A stretch of 64,000 bases of DNA from Candidatus Poribacteria bacterium (GCA_965215015.1 OZ244042.1:2048001-2112000), one strand, 5' to 3'. Numbered from the stretch's first letter, positions 49,896 through 59,434 are shown. Numbers and translations: made by a program. The notes: generated from the letters alone by a model not told the origin.

Positions 49896-51038
49896 TTACG
49901 GCGAATCATCTGGATGCGTATGACCCTTTGGCGCATCACGGGAAGGTGTACCTCTACGCTCAAATCGCTGTGCAGCGTCAGGATCCATCTCCCTCAAGCG
50001 ACGAAGCCCCTCCTCCGTGCCATATTCGTCTATCAACTTAAGCAACTTAAGTGCCGTATCAAAACGATCGGGGGATAACCTCTCGCGATCGTCCGTTTCT
50101 TGACTTGGTACAGGGGGGAAATTAGACTGACGGGGCAATAGGCGATTTACCTCGCCGGGGAGGAGAGGTTCGGGCGAAGAGCTATTAAGCCACGCCTCAA
50201 CCTCCCCCGGTTTGATTTCTGAACTTACAGACAGAGGCTGCTCAACCTCATATAAGTCAGGACGAACAGCGTGTAGTAGATTCAGATTGATTCCTGTTTC
50301 CTCGGGTGTCATCGTTTCGTGGGAAAGTTTCACGATGAGTTCGTGGGTCGCAATCATCTGTTCAACCTCTTGCACAGAAGTTTTCAAAGTTTTCGCCCAA
50401 ACTATTTTTTGCAGCGCATATTCGCGCGCGTATTCATCGGCTGCTGTTTCCGGGGAAATATCATATCTTTCCCCATCTATCTCTATATAGTTACCCTCCT
50501 CGTCCTTGACGTTTTCGATATATTGAGGGGACACACGGTCCCCTTCCCGAATCTCCATGCCGGGAACGGCGAAGGTCTTGACAACCTCCCCATCAGGAAG
50601 TTCCACCCACTGTGACACGTGCTCATCATTAATCCAAGTCCCATCCGGCACGGGGGGGCGAGGTTGGCTTTCTACCCGCACCGCAGCGTTGGGATCCCCG
50701 TCACTGTATAGTGCTACTTCTTTGGGTGTCATTATCCTCACCTTCACAGGCTTTTTTGATTTACCTTCTCCAGAAGCTTTTTCCTGCCCCGTTTGGTCGG
50801 TGAATACCCCGCTTGTCAGGGATACAGTGTTACCTCTACTCTGTATGTTTTTTGAATCAGTTGAATCTACCCCCGACTGAGTATCTTTACCAAGGGATTG
50901 TTGAAATGACACCGATCGAGACATAAATTCATCCAATTCAACATGGCTTTGATATGCTCTATAGCCCCAATACAGAGCAGAAAGCAACGAAAGAATACCT
51001 GCTGCAATAAGATAGTGTGTGGAACGCCGCTTAAACAT
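49896..51038 (-). CDS. Hypothetical membrane-anchored protein
   Basis: N-terminal TM, low-complexity body, C-terminal LIDEYGTEEGLRRLREMDP; AAGGGAGG RBS. Confidence 0.75.
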   Translation of the reverse strand: MFKRRSTHYLIAAGILSLLSALYWGYRAYQSHVELDEFMSRSVSFQQSLGKDTQSGVDSTDSKNIQSRGNTVSLTSGVFTDQTGQEKASGEGKSKKPVKVRIMTPKEVALYSDGDPNAAVRVESQPRPPVPDGTWINDEHVSQWVELPDGEVVKTFAVPGMEIREGDRVSPQYIENVKDEEGNYIEIDGERYDISPETAADEYAREYALQKIVWAKTLKTSVQEVEQMIATHELIVKLSHETMTPEETGINLNLLHAVRPDLYEVEQPLSVSSEIKPGEVEAWLNSSSPEPLLPGEVNRLLPRQSNFPPVPSQETDDRERLSPDRFDTALKLLKLIDEYGTEEGLRRLREMDPDAAQRFERRGTPSRDAPKGHTHPDDSP

Positions 51039-51398
51039 GATGATTACCTCCCTTATAATAGAAAAATGGTAGTTTAGGCAACTTAACCAGCTCTGTGGAG
51101 CTCCTGCTTGTTTTTTTGCTTTGAGTTGACCACTGACCGTGAATAAGGTGCATATGGGTAGTCACGGTATCTATTTTCGTTTTTGTTGTCGTTGTTGTAC
51201 GCGTTCGCCAAGCTGTTTTACATGCTGAGCACTTTACCTGTTTTGTGGTTTTCTTTGTTTCCCTTTGTACTGTTGTGTCAGTTATAGTCCGCTGTATAGG
51301 GGCATTCCCATCTCCACCGGCATCTAAAGCGTGAAAAGCCGCATACATCCCCAACCCAACAGCGTTACTTCCAACCGTCCTTTTGGTGTAAACATCAT
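51031..51398 (-). pseudogene. Frameshifted small secreted Thr-rich protein
   Basis: GAGGAG RBS and ATG at 51398 are out of frame with the 51354-51031 ORF. Confidence 0.5.
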
Positions 51399-51425
51399 TT
51401 TTCTCCTCACTGCCATCGTTTCGTT

Positions 51426-51487
51426 CTGAAAACAGAAAAAGGACTGCTTGGCGGTCATCTCAAATCGCTGCAGCCCTTCTATTTCAG
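51426..51487 (-). terminator. Terminator-like hairpin in the 5' leader
   Basis: AGAAGGGCTGC / GCAGTCCTTTTT, followed by CTGTTTT, just before the RBS. Confidence 0.55.
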
Positions 51488-51523
51488 ATTGAAACCAATA
51501 ACATAAAGAGTTAAACTATTAGA

Positions 51524-51625
51524 AGATTGTTAAGTTGACAACTAACAATCAACGAAGCGATTTGAGGCACACACTCAATCGTTTCTGGGAGCTCCGAGAA
51601 GAGCACTTGGGGCTCCCACTTTTCT
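51524..51625 (+). ncRNA. Putative ~100-nt three-hairpin antisense RNA
   Basis: TTGAAA-N17-TAAACT (51489-51517); hairpins at 51525-51550, 51555-51585 and 51586-51618 followed by CTTTT. Confidence 0.45.
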
Positions 51626-51657
51626 GATTGATAAGAAGTACCTACCAATTCTATACT

Positions 51658-51686
51658 ATTAGAAACGATTTACATTTGTCTGTCAA
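51658..51686 (-). promoter_or_regulatory. Sigma-70-type promoter
   Basis: TTGACA-N17-TCTAAT on the minus strand. Confidence 0.55.
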
Positions 51687-51931
51687 CACTTTTTTGCACC
51701 TCATTTACCCCCATTTTTTTTATGGTATAGATTTGAGTTATTTTTATGAGTTAGGATAGTGAAAATAATTGTCATTAAGGGTGTTGGAGGGTATCTCCCC
51801 GGCAGGGATTGAGCCACCACCCACCCCACGCCTCAGCCACCCCGCGCTTTATCACCGTAATCAGTGAGTAGATTTTTGTCCGTGTGTTGAATGCTTTTGC
51901 CCATATCCAGATCTGAAGCGATTCAATACCA

Positions 51932-52351
51932 GAGCTCGCCCAAGCAATCGAAAAGCCGCCATATCACTTTACTAAAGAGGAACTATGGAGAGCCTACGAG
52001 CAGTTGGATCGATCGAAAGTCAAGGGAGCGGCACCCCAAAAGCTGTTGACCGATATCATCTCGTTGGTCCGGTTTGCGATTGGAGAAACCGCAACACTTG
52101 AACCTTACAAACAGACCGTGGATCAACGGTTTCAGGGATGGATCGCCGATCAGAAGGAGACATTTTCGCAAGAGCAGTTGACATGGTTGGAGATGATAAA
52201 GGACCACATCGCCACATCGCTACGCATCGAGATAGATGATTTTGAATACGCACCGTTTCAAGCAAAGGGCGGGGCAGTCAAGCTGTATCAGTTGTTTGGC
52301 GATGCGCTAGATACAATTCTTGAGACGTTGAATGAGCGGTTGGCGGCGTAA
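51932..52351 (+). pseudogene. hsdR: Type I restriction subunit R, C-terminal (EcoEI_R_C-like) fragment only
   Basis: ELAQAIEKPPY...LWRAYEQL, LTDIISLVRFA, FSQEQ..WLEMIKDHI, PF...GG; in-frame stop just upstream, no helicase region. Confidence 0.8.
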
Positions 52352-52365
52352 GGTAGAAACCTCAA

Positions 52366-52974
52366 TTAATCATGCTTGCTCATAAGCATATGCTGTCCCC
52401 CTGCTTGCGGGGGGGCTAGAGGGGGGTATAGATCGTGCGCCCTTTTCTGGTGTTGGTGTCCAAGATTTAACTAGGTGCGGCCTCTTGTCCCATCTCTCAC
52501 CTGCGCCCCCTATCTGTATCCATGTTTTCTGGGTCCTCCCTTTCCGCCAGGATTCAGACAATAAGAAACCTCCTCCCTCAGACCTATCTCAGCGTTTAGA
52601 TATGAACGTGAAGCCTCTAATCCTGTGAATCCTTAAATCCCGAAAATCTTGATTCAGACAATTAAGCGGCACAGGAGTCAACCGTCGCTCAATTACAAGA
52701 TATCATCAATGAACATGGACAACCCTTAATCATGCTTGCTCATAAGCATATGCTGTCCCCCTGCTTGCGGGGGGACTAGAGGGGGGTATAGATCGTGCGC
52801 CCTTTTCTGGTGTCGCATCTCTCGCCTGCGCGCCCTATCTGCCTCCCTTTCCGCCACGATTCAGACAATAAGAAGCCCCCTCCCCCCAGACCTATCTCAG
52901 CACTTAGATATGAACGTGAAGCCTCTAATCCTGTAAATCCTTAAATCCTGAAAATCTTGATTCAGACAATTAAA
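52366..52974. repeat. Imperfect direct duplication (360-bp offset) of a composite repeat
   Basis: TTAATCATGCTTGCTCATAAGCATATGC at 52366 and 52726; both end ...GATTCAGACAATTAA; second copy internally deleted. Confidence 0.88.
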
Positions 52975-53304
52975 CGGGATGCCTACCTTAAAACACTACA
53001 GGACGTTTTAATCTGCGCCGCCAACTCGAATCCACGAATATGGGAGGATTACACCGAAGGGCCCCATTGCCAAGTTGAGGCGGAGGTTCATCGAGCGAGA
53101 GAAAAGACAGACAAGGTGCTTCAGATTTTCCTCGATGAATGGGAAAGGCGCGGCGGTGACGCGGCTCAACTGCTAGATCCATCGAAGCGGAAAGGGAGAA
53201 GCCGGCGGAAAAACCCTATGATACCCTCAAAGGGTTTCAAGATTTCCTTGAGTAACGATTCGCAACGACCTACCTTGTCGAAACCGTCAGAAACAGAGAC
53301 CTGA
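52957..53304 (+). CDS. Hypothetical protein, probably the 3' fragment of a gene cut by the repeat
   Basis: ORF begins inside the repeat tail; no RBS. Confidence 0.3.
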   Translation: MIQTIKRDAYLKTLQDVLICAANSNPRIWEDYTEGPHCQVEAEVHRAREKTDKVLQIFLDEWERRGGDAAQLLDPSKRKGRSRRKNPMIPSKGFKISLSNDSQRPTLSKPSETET

Positions 53305-53387
53305 GATTTTATCAGAATCTTTCGATCTAAACCCCGTTTTTTAAGATGAAGATACAGATTGGCAAACGGTATTCAGTCAAAAAACGG

Positions 53388-53572
53388 TTGAAATTGCAGG
53401 CAAAATGGGGTATACTTGTTTTGCGTTTCATGAGGAATTTTCACCCTACCACTTGGGAGTGTCCCTCACCCCCAAGTGAAATGGAGATGAAAGCCGCTCC
53501 GATGAAGACCCACCAGTTCAAAATGTATAGCCATCACGGCAACCGTGAGTTACACAAGATGCTAGACAGAAC
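53388..53572 (+). pseudogene. Promoter, hairpin and tnpB-like 5' stub
   Basis: TTGAAA-N17-TATACT; hairpin CACTTGGG/CCCAAGTG; MKTHQFKMYSHHGNRELHKMLDR from 53502 resembles TnpB N-termini. Confidence 0.45.
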
Positions 53573-54842
53573 TTACCTGAGAGGTGCTCATAAATCCCAT
53601 TCGTGAAATCGTGCCAGCGGAGGGGGCACATTTTTCAGACGTTGGCATGGCAAAATAGGAGTATCTACATAACAGATGAATGAGGAAATACAACTCGAAC
53701 CGCTAGATCCATCTACATATGAAGAAGAGCCCGGATATGAATTCAAATCTATGTTTATTGGCAGTGATCTGTCATATACAGTAGTGATCCGCTTTGTGGA
53801 TCTAACAACTATTGTGCCAGGCATTAACCTACATTCGTATTCTAAATCTGATACGTTGATTAAATATTCTGAAGCACGATTTTCACCTGTTTCATCAGAT
53901 CCAGCGAACTGCATTCAACTTGCAACACCCTCTTACTATCGGAAACTTGAAGGAGGAGAGAATTTAGAGCTCATAGCGGATGATAGAGAGAGTGCATACA
54001 TTGAGTCACTTAATTGGAATAGTTTTAGCAACAATCCAAGTGGAAAAATAACATGGGCGCGAAATAACTTTTGGTTGTACTGTGCTTCAATTGACCCGAA
54101 TATAAATTATACAAGAAAAAAACAAATGAAGCATCTTTCTCCAAGCTATAATTTCATGACAAAAATAAAAGAACCATCCGAGTTCGCTAAACAGTTAGGA
54201 CGCGATTTTGGAAAACAGATCGAGTTGGATAGGGACTTAGGGTGTGACTCTCCTGGTTGGCACACTATTTTGACAAAGCAAAGCAAGTCTTTGGGGGACT
54301 ATTTCGTCACCGTTGATCATGGTCCGGTCATTTATTTGGATGATGATAAAATCGAAAGATTATTTAACGATTATTCTAAACAACATTGGGGGAGCATTGT
54401 TCCATTTGTGAAGCGTAAAGAGTATAACAAGCAACGAGAGTACAGATTTCTTATTAGCGTCCAGTCTCATAGTCCAAATCAAAATACCTTTTATCTAAAG
54501 GTTTCGGATGAACTCAAAAGTTTGATGGTACCAGAAGAAAGTCTATGGCATTGATTGAAAATACGTTGTGGTAATTGAACTTCCGGATTGGGAATATGTC
54601 AGATATGGAAAAGCACGCTGTTTTGAATCTCCCGACTTGTCGAGGATTTCTCCGATTCTCGGAGTTCTCGGAACGAAATCGGCGTTTCTAGGCCCCGATG
54701 AGACTTGAAACGCCGGAGCCGAGCGACCTGTCCCAACCTATCGGAGAGCATCAGGGTAATAATCCGCGCCATCTGTTTAATCCGTGATTCAGATTGCTAT
54801 TAAGAAACCTGAGTATCCTAATTATGAGCACCCTTCAGGTAA
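53573..54842. mobile_element. 1270-bp TIR-bounded cargo element
   Basis: TTACCTGAGAGGTGCTCATAA / TTATGAGCACCCTTCAGGTAA (19/21 inverted match); left ~75 bp matches 13671-13745. Confidence 0.7.
53676..54554 (+). CDS. Hypothetical protein (AT-rich cargo gene)
   Basis: 292 aa; AGGAG upstream; motifs TPSYYR, LYCAS, GPV.Y, F.K...Y..QREYRF. Confidence 0.7.
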   Translation: MNEEIQLEPLDPSTYEEEPGYEFKSMFIGSDLSYTVVIRFVDLTTIVPGINLHSYSKSDTLIKYSEARFSPVSSDPANCIQLATPSYYRKLEGGENLELIADDRESAYIESLNWNSFSNNPSGKITWARNNFWLYCASIDPNINYTRKKQMKHLSPSYNFMTKIKEPSEFAKQLGRDFGKQIELDRDLGCDSPGWHTILTKQSKSLGDYFVTVDHGPVIYLDDDKIERLFNDYSKQHWGSIVPFVKRKEYNKQREYRFLISVQSHSPNQNTFYLKVSDELKSLMVPEESLWH

Positions 54843-54943
54843 ATAACCGGCAGGCAGCAAAACCGTCTGTTTATACCAGATGAAATACTCAATCTAATCA
54901 TGACAGAAAGAACAAAATCAATCAACCCAAGGCAGGATGTGAT

Positions 54944-55672
54944 ATGAGCCAAACGGATGTAGGTCTATCCAATCTGCCCGATAGGTGGGTGTGGACGACG
55001 TTGGAAGAAGTAAGTGAACTGAATCCGAGAATGGATAAGCAAAGTATTGACGATAATTTAGAAATCACATTTCTGCCGATGAAAAACGTCGAAGCATTCA
55101 GTGGGAAAATAGATTTATCTGAAACAAAACAGTTTTCAGAGCTGAAAACGAAAAGCTACACCCCCTTTCAAGATGGCGATATTCTCTTTGCGAAAGTGAC
55201 TCCGTGTATGGAGAATGGCAAAATCGCCATTGCCCATAACTTGAAAAACGGAATTGGCTTCGGTTCGACAGAGTTTCATGTGATTCGGTTGTCAGAAGAC
55301 CAATCAAAGCAATTCTTTTTCTTCTATTTTTTACAACAGCAGTTTAGGCAAGAAGCCAAAAGGGCAATGACCAGTGGAGCGGGTCTATTGAGAGTACCAA
55401 CTGATTACATGCGAAAAGTTCCGATTCCCCTTCCTCCACTCCCCGAACAACAAGCCATCGTTTCCGCAGTTGAATCTCGACTCTCCGTCGCAGACGAAGT
55501 GGAGAAAACCGTTACGGTGGAATTGAAACGCGCCGAGCGATTGCGTCAGTCAATTCTCAAAAAAGCCTTCTCTGGGCAATTGGTGCCGCAAGACCCAAAC
55601 GATGAGCCTGCCAGCGTCTTGCTTGAACGGATTAAGTCTGGCCCAGTACCTGATCCGGAAGCAGAAAATTGA
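54944..55672 (+). CDS. hsdS: Type I R-M specificity subunit, half-length (single TRD)
   Basis: LPDRWVWTTL, GDILFAKVTPCMENGK, GSTEF, PLPPLPEQ..IV, LRQSILKKAFSGQLVPQDPNDEPA. Confidence 0.85.
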   Translation: MSQTDVGLSNLPDRWVWTTLEEVSELNPRMDKQSIDDNLEITFLPMKNVEAFSGKIDLSETKQFSELKTKSYTPFQDGDILFAKVTPCMENGKIAIAHNLKNGIGFGSTEFHVIRLSEDQSKQFFFFYFLQQQFRQEAKRAMTSGAGLLRVPTDYMRKVPIPLPPLPEQQAIVSAVESRLSVADEVEKTVTVELKRAERLRQSILKKAFSGQLVPQDPNDEPASVLLERIKSGPVPDPEAEN

Positions 55673-55874
55673 AGGCACAACCGCAAAAACAACACTCTTG
55701 AAAGTGGAAAACCAGGACCCAATTGGAGCAATCCAGTTGAACGTTAAAGATGCAATTGGCATTTTTAACAGTATAGTCTTATTTTAACATAATAACGTTA
55801 TAAAAGATGCAGTTGGAATAGTGGTCAGTGGAAACCTATGCTAAACTGATTTCAAAATAGGTTGGTGAAATATT

Positions 55875-56693
55875 ATGAAAACCCCACAAAAGAAACTCGA
55901 TTTCGCGCACCCTCCCGTAGACGAGGTAGTGTTAAGTGTGCTTTTCAAGCCGCTTGATAAGTTCCTCGCGCCCCATCTTGGTGAGATCTGGCATGAATAT
56001 AAACAGATTGGCTTTGTGCACGTCACGGAACAACCTCCGGTTCCTCCCGCGGTAGAAAAGTTTCCAAATTCAATCAAAGAGCGGCGGGTGCATATTAGTA
56101 ATCTCCCTAATCTTGCACGAATTTGGTTTATCCACGAAGATGATAGCCAAATCATACAGGTACAACGTGATCGATTTATGTTCAACTGGCGTAGAACCGA
56201 GTCGGCTCAGAAATACCCCGGCTTTTCAGCTATTTTTGAAAAATTTGAGGGGTTCTATAACCGTTTCGGTGAAATCATCAAAAATATGGAAGTTGGTGTG
56301 ATAACTCCGTTGCAGTATGAATTGACCTACATTGATCAGCTATTTCGCGGGGCCGGTTGGGAAACGCTTGATGATATTGGGAAAATTTACAACCTGTTTA
56401 TTCATTCCCAACAATCGGATTCATTTTGGTCAGGTGCCGAATCTGCGATTTTGCGCACATCATTTCCCGTTGAGGATTTACACGGCCGGCTATATCTGAC
56501 CATCAGTAATCGAGTAAAGATGCCTCAACAACAGCAAACGCTACAAACAGACTTTACAATGCGTGGTTTTCCTGAGAACGCGGAATATGCAATGGGAGCA
56601 TGGTTTAAGTCGGCGCGTGATCGGATTTCCGAAAAATTCGCCAGTATATTTACGGAAGACATCCAAACACAAGTGTGGGGGAGGAAATCATGA
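55875..56693 (+). CDS. TIGR04255-like protein
   Basis: PPVDEVVLSV.F, RIWF, IIQVQ.DRF.FNWRR....YP.F, ELTYID, IFT......W. Confidence 0.72.
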   Translation: MKTPQKKLDFAHPPVDEVVLSVLFKPLDKFLAPHLGEIWHEYKQIGFVHVTEQPPVPPAVEKFPNSIKERRVHISNLPNLARIWFIHEDDSQIIQVQRDRFMFNWRRTESAQKYPGFSAIFEKFEGFYNRFGEIIKNMEVGVITPLQYELTYIDQLFRGAGWETLDDIGKIYNLFIHSQQSDSFWSGAESAILRTSFPVEDLHGRLYLTISNRVKMPQQQQTLQTDFTMRGFPENAEYAMGAWFKSARDRISEKFASIFTEDIQTQVWGRKS

Positions 56694-57166
56694 GCTTGTC
56701 TAGTATCGATGAACCAACAGCTGACTTTGGACAGAGCCAAAACTATCGGCTTCAAAGACCAAAGGACGAGCTAGTAACTCACCTATCCACCGAGACTGAC
56801 CCGTATCTTTCTCGCATAAACTTCGTTGAACGACAACTAGAGGAAATACGGCGAGATGCTGAAGAAGCATATCGTTTGGATAATGGAATTGATCTTGTAC
56901 CGAAATCCGCTTATGAGGATGCACGTCGGTTAATAATGGAGATTTATCATGAAATCCCAATGCCTGATATCATGTGGTCCGAAGATGGAGCGATTGGGTT
57001 GGAATGGCGCCCGGGCAACGGTATCGCAACGATGAGTCTATACGGAGACAAGCTTGTCATCTACGGTGCTTTTTTTAGTAACGAGCGTCAAGTCGAAGGA
57101 GTTTGTGCACTGTCAGATACTGTCTTATTGCAAGGTTTTCTTACAACGTTGAGTAACCTCTTTTAA
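56690..57166 (+). CDS. Hypothetical protein (P.P.I....DG.I.LEW family)
   Basis: ATGA overlap with upstream stop; GGAGG RBS. Confidence 0.7.
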   Translation: MSLSSIDEPTADFGQSQNYRLQRPKDELVTHLSTETDPYLSRINFVERQLEEIRRDAEEAYRLDNGIDLVPKSAYEDARRLIMEIYHEIPMPDIMWSEDGAIGLEWRPGNGIATMSLYGDKLVIYGAFFSNERQVEGVCALSDTVLLQGFLTTLSNLF

Positions 57167-57179
57167 TAAAAGGCTTGAT

Positions 57180-57575
57180 ATGAATGTTCCCCCGGCTGAG
57201 AGACTCACTCGTTTTATTTTTTCTAAAAGTCATTTTTCCGTTGAAAACAAGAAAGTCAAATTTCAGGCGTTTATTCCTCCTTCAAATAGTGAGGATCTAT
57301 CTGTGTATCGTATTTCAGGGCTCTCAGACAGCGAAGTGTGGGCGATTGGCCGGGAGTATGTCCAACGCAAAGAAAGGCTTATAAAAGCGAGGGCGGATTT
57401 TTTGGCAGAGGTTGTTGAGGTTGCTTATGAGAATCATCTGACAGTCATTCCAGATACTGCCCCGCATAAACGACATGCGAATATCACACCGTTCCCGGCA
57501 GACAAGATCGCGCGCAATCGCATCGCAAGAAAACTAGCTCTTGCCAGTCAATTGGTAATAATGCCGCCGGTATAA
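57180..57575 (+). CDS. Hypothetical protein, possible ADP-ribosyltransferase-fold toxin
   Basis: LTR...AF.P....LSVYR...HANI pattern; starts 13 bp after upstream stop. Confidence 0.55.
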   Translation: MNVPPAERLTRFIFSKSHFSVENKKVKFQAFIPPSNSEDLSVYRISGLSDSEVWAIGREYVQRKERLIKARADFLAEVVEVAYENHLTVIPDTAPHKRHANITPFPADKIARNRIARKLALASQLVIMPPV

Positions 57576-57615
57576 ATGTATTATCTTACACAACCGCAGG
57601 AGAATCATCCCGAAA

Positions 57616-59070
57616 ATGCCAAACCATTCATCAGCCATCGTGCAAAAACTGTGGAATTATTGTAATGTCCTTCGCGATGATGGGATCAGCTACGGCGACT
57701 ATGTGGAACAGTTGACCTATCTTCTATTTCTAAAAATGGCAGACGAGCAGGCCAAACTACCGTATAGAGATGAGTCCGTTGTGCCCGTGGGTCTAGACTG
57801 GGAAAGTCTCGTTGACAAGGAAGGCGATGCTCTTGAAAAGCACTACCGCCATATCCTCAATACACTGGCTCTGGAAAGTGGTACGCTCGGTGTAATTTTC
57901 AGAAAATCCCAAAACAAGATTCAAGATCCCGCCAAACTCAAGCGAATCATTCAACTGATCAACGATGAAACATGGATCGGGCTGGATATCGATGTGAAAG
58001 GGGATATCTACGAAGGTTTGCTGCAGAAAAACGCAGAAGATATCAAAAGCGGCGCGGGCCAATACTTCACGCCCCGCCCCCTGATCCAAGCAATTGTGGA
58101 GGTGATGAGGCCGGAACCGATGCAAACCATCTGCGATCCAGCGTGCGGCACCGGAGGCTTCTTCCTAGCAGCCTATGACTATCTAGCAAGCAGAAGCGAT
58201 CAGCTGGACAGGGAACAGAAACAGTTTCTCAAAGATAACACCTTTCACGGTGTGGACCTGGTGGACAGTGTAGTGAGGCTATGTGTGATGAATCTGTACC
58301 TTCACGGTATCGGTGGAGACAAAAGCCCTGTCCGAACAGGGGATAGCCTGATTTCGGATACGGGGCAACGCTTTGACATGGTGTTGACCAATCCGCCCTT
58401 CGGCAAGAAGAGTAGCATCACGATTGCGGACGAAAAAGGGAGAGCGGGAAAAAATTCACTTATCTATGAGCGGGAGGATTTTTGGGCGACTACCTCCAAC
58501 AAACAACTGAACTTCCTGCAGCATGTCAAAACAATTCTGAAAATCAATGGCAGGGCAGCGGTTGTCGTACCAGATAACGTCCTGTTTGAAGGAGGTGCGG
58601 GGGAGACCGTTCGCAAGAAGTTACTACACGAGTGCGATGTCCATACATTGCTCCGACTCCCGACCGGCATCTTTTATGCACAAGGCGTCAAGGCAAATGT
58701 CCTGTTCTTCGATCGCAGAACCGCAAGCGAAACCCCACGGACAGAGAAACTGTGGATTTACGACCTACGAACCAACCGGCGATTCACACTGAAAACGAAA
58801 CAGATGCACTACGACGACCTGCACGATTTCATCGCCTGCTACAATTCCGACAACCGCCATGATCGGAAAGAGACCGAACGGTTTAAGTCGTTTTCCTACG
58901 ATGAGCTGATGCAGCGAGACAAGGTCAGTCTTGATCGCCTCTGGTTGCGAGACGAAAGCCTTGAGGATACCGAGAATCTGCCGGAACCTGATGAATTGGC
59001 AGAGGATATCGCTGCGAATCTGATGGCAGCATCAGAGCAGTTTCAGGACATTTATGAGGGACTCGCTTAG
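57616..59070 (+). CDS. hsdM: Type I R-M N6-adenine methyltransferase
   Basis: KLWNYCNVLRDDG, GQYFTPR, DPACGTGGF, TNPPF, LRLPTGIF. Confidence 0.95.
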   Translation: MPNHSSAIVQKLWNYCNVLRDDGISYGDYVEQLTYLLFLKMADEQAKLPYRDESVVPVGLDWESLVDKEGDALEKHYRHILNTLALESGTLGVIFRKSQNKIQDPAKLKRIIQLINDETWIGLDIDVKGDIYEGLLQKNAEDIKSGAGQYFTPRPLIQAIVEVMRPEPMQTICDPACGTGGFFLAAYDYLASRSDQLDREQKQFLKDNTFHGVDLVDSVVRLCVMNLYLHGIGGDKSPVRTGDSLISDTGQRFDMVLTNPPFGKKSSITIADEKGRAGKNSLIYEREDFWATTSNKQLNFLQHVKTILKINGRAAVVVPDNVLFEGGAGETVRKKLLHECDVHTLLRLPTGIFYAQGVKANVLFFDRRTASETPRTEKLWIYDLRTNRRFTLKTKQMHYDDLHDFIACYNSDNRHDRKETERFKSFSYDELMQRDKVSLDRLWLRDESLEDTENLPEPDELAEDIAANLMAASEQFQDIYEGLA

Positions 59071-59434
59071 TAAACCTCTTCTCCAAGTGCCCCGAAGTAG
59101 GGAAAAATAATTGTTGCTCTCTAGGTTCTGTTGGCATTTCATTGCAACCAGATAATCGCAGGGTCTGCACAGACGCATGGCCCTCCGTAGGGGGTGGGTC
59201 CCCCAACCCTCGGTTTACACATCAGGGACAACCCCGGACCGCTGGTGGTCAATTTGCCAAAATCAAAAATACCGAGTACATTGCACTATAGTCTGGGTGT
59301 TTCTCAATGAGACCGGCGTGTAAGGCAACATATAGGGTATTTTCGGGGCATGAAGCCGCGCAATCCGCTTCATCAGTTTAATCCGTGATTCAGACAATTA
59401 TTATTAGCACCCCTCACATAAGTGTCAATATACC

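Noticed and set aside
51780-51910. tRNA or att site at the island boundary
   Set aside because: No cloverleaf, no GTTCRA/CCA arrangement, and no matching direct repeat found by eye
52370-52936. ORFs within the 360-bp duplication
   Set aside because: Frames are not preserved between the two copies
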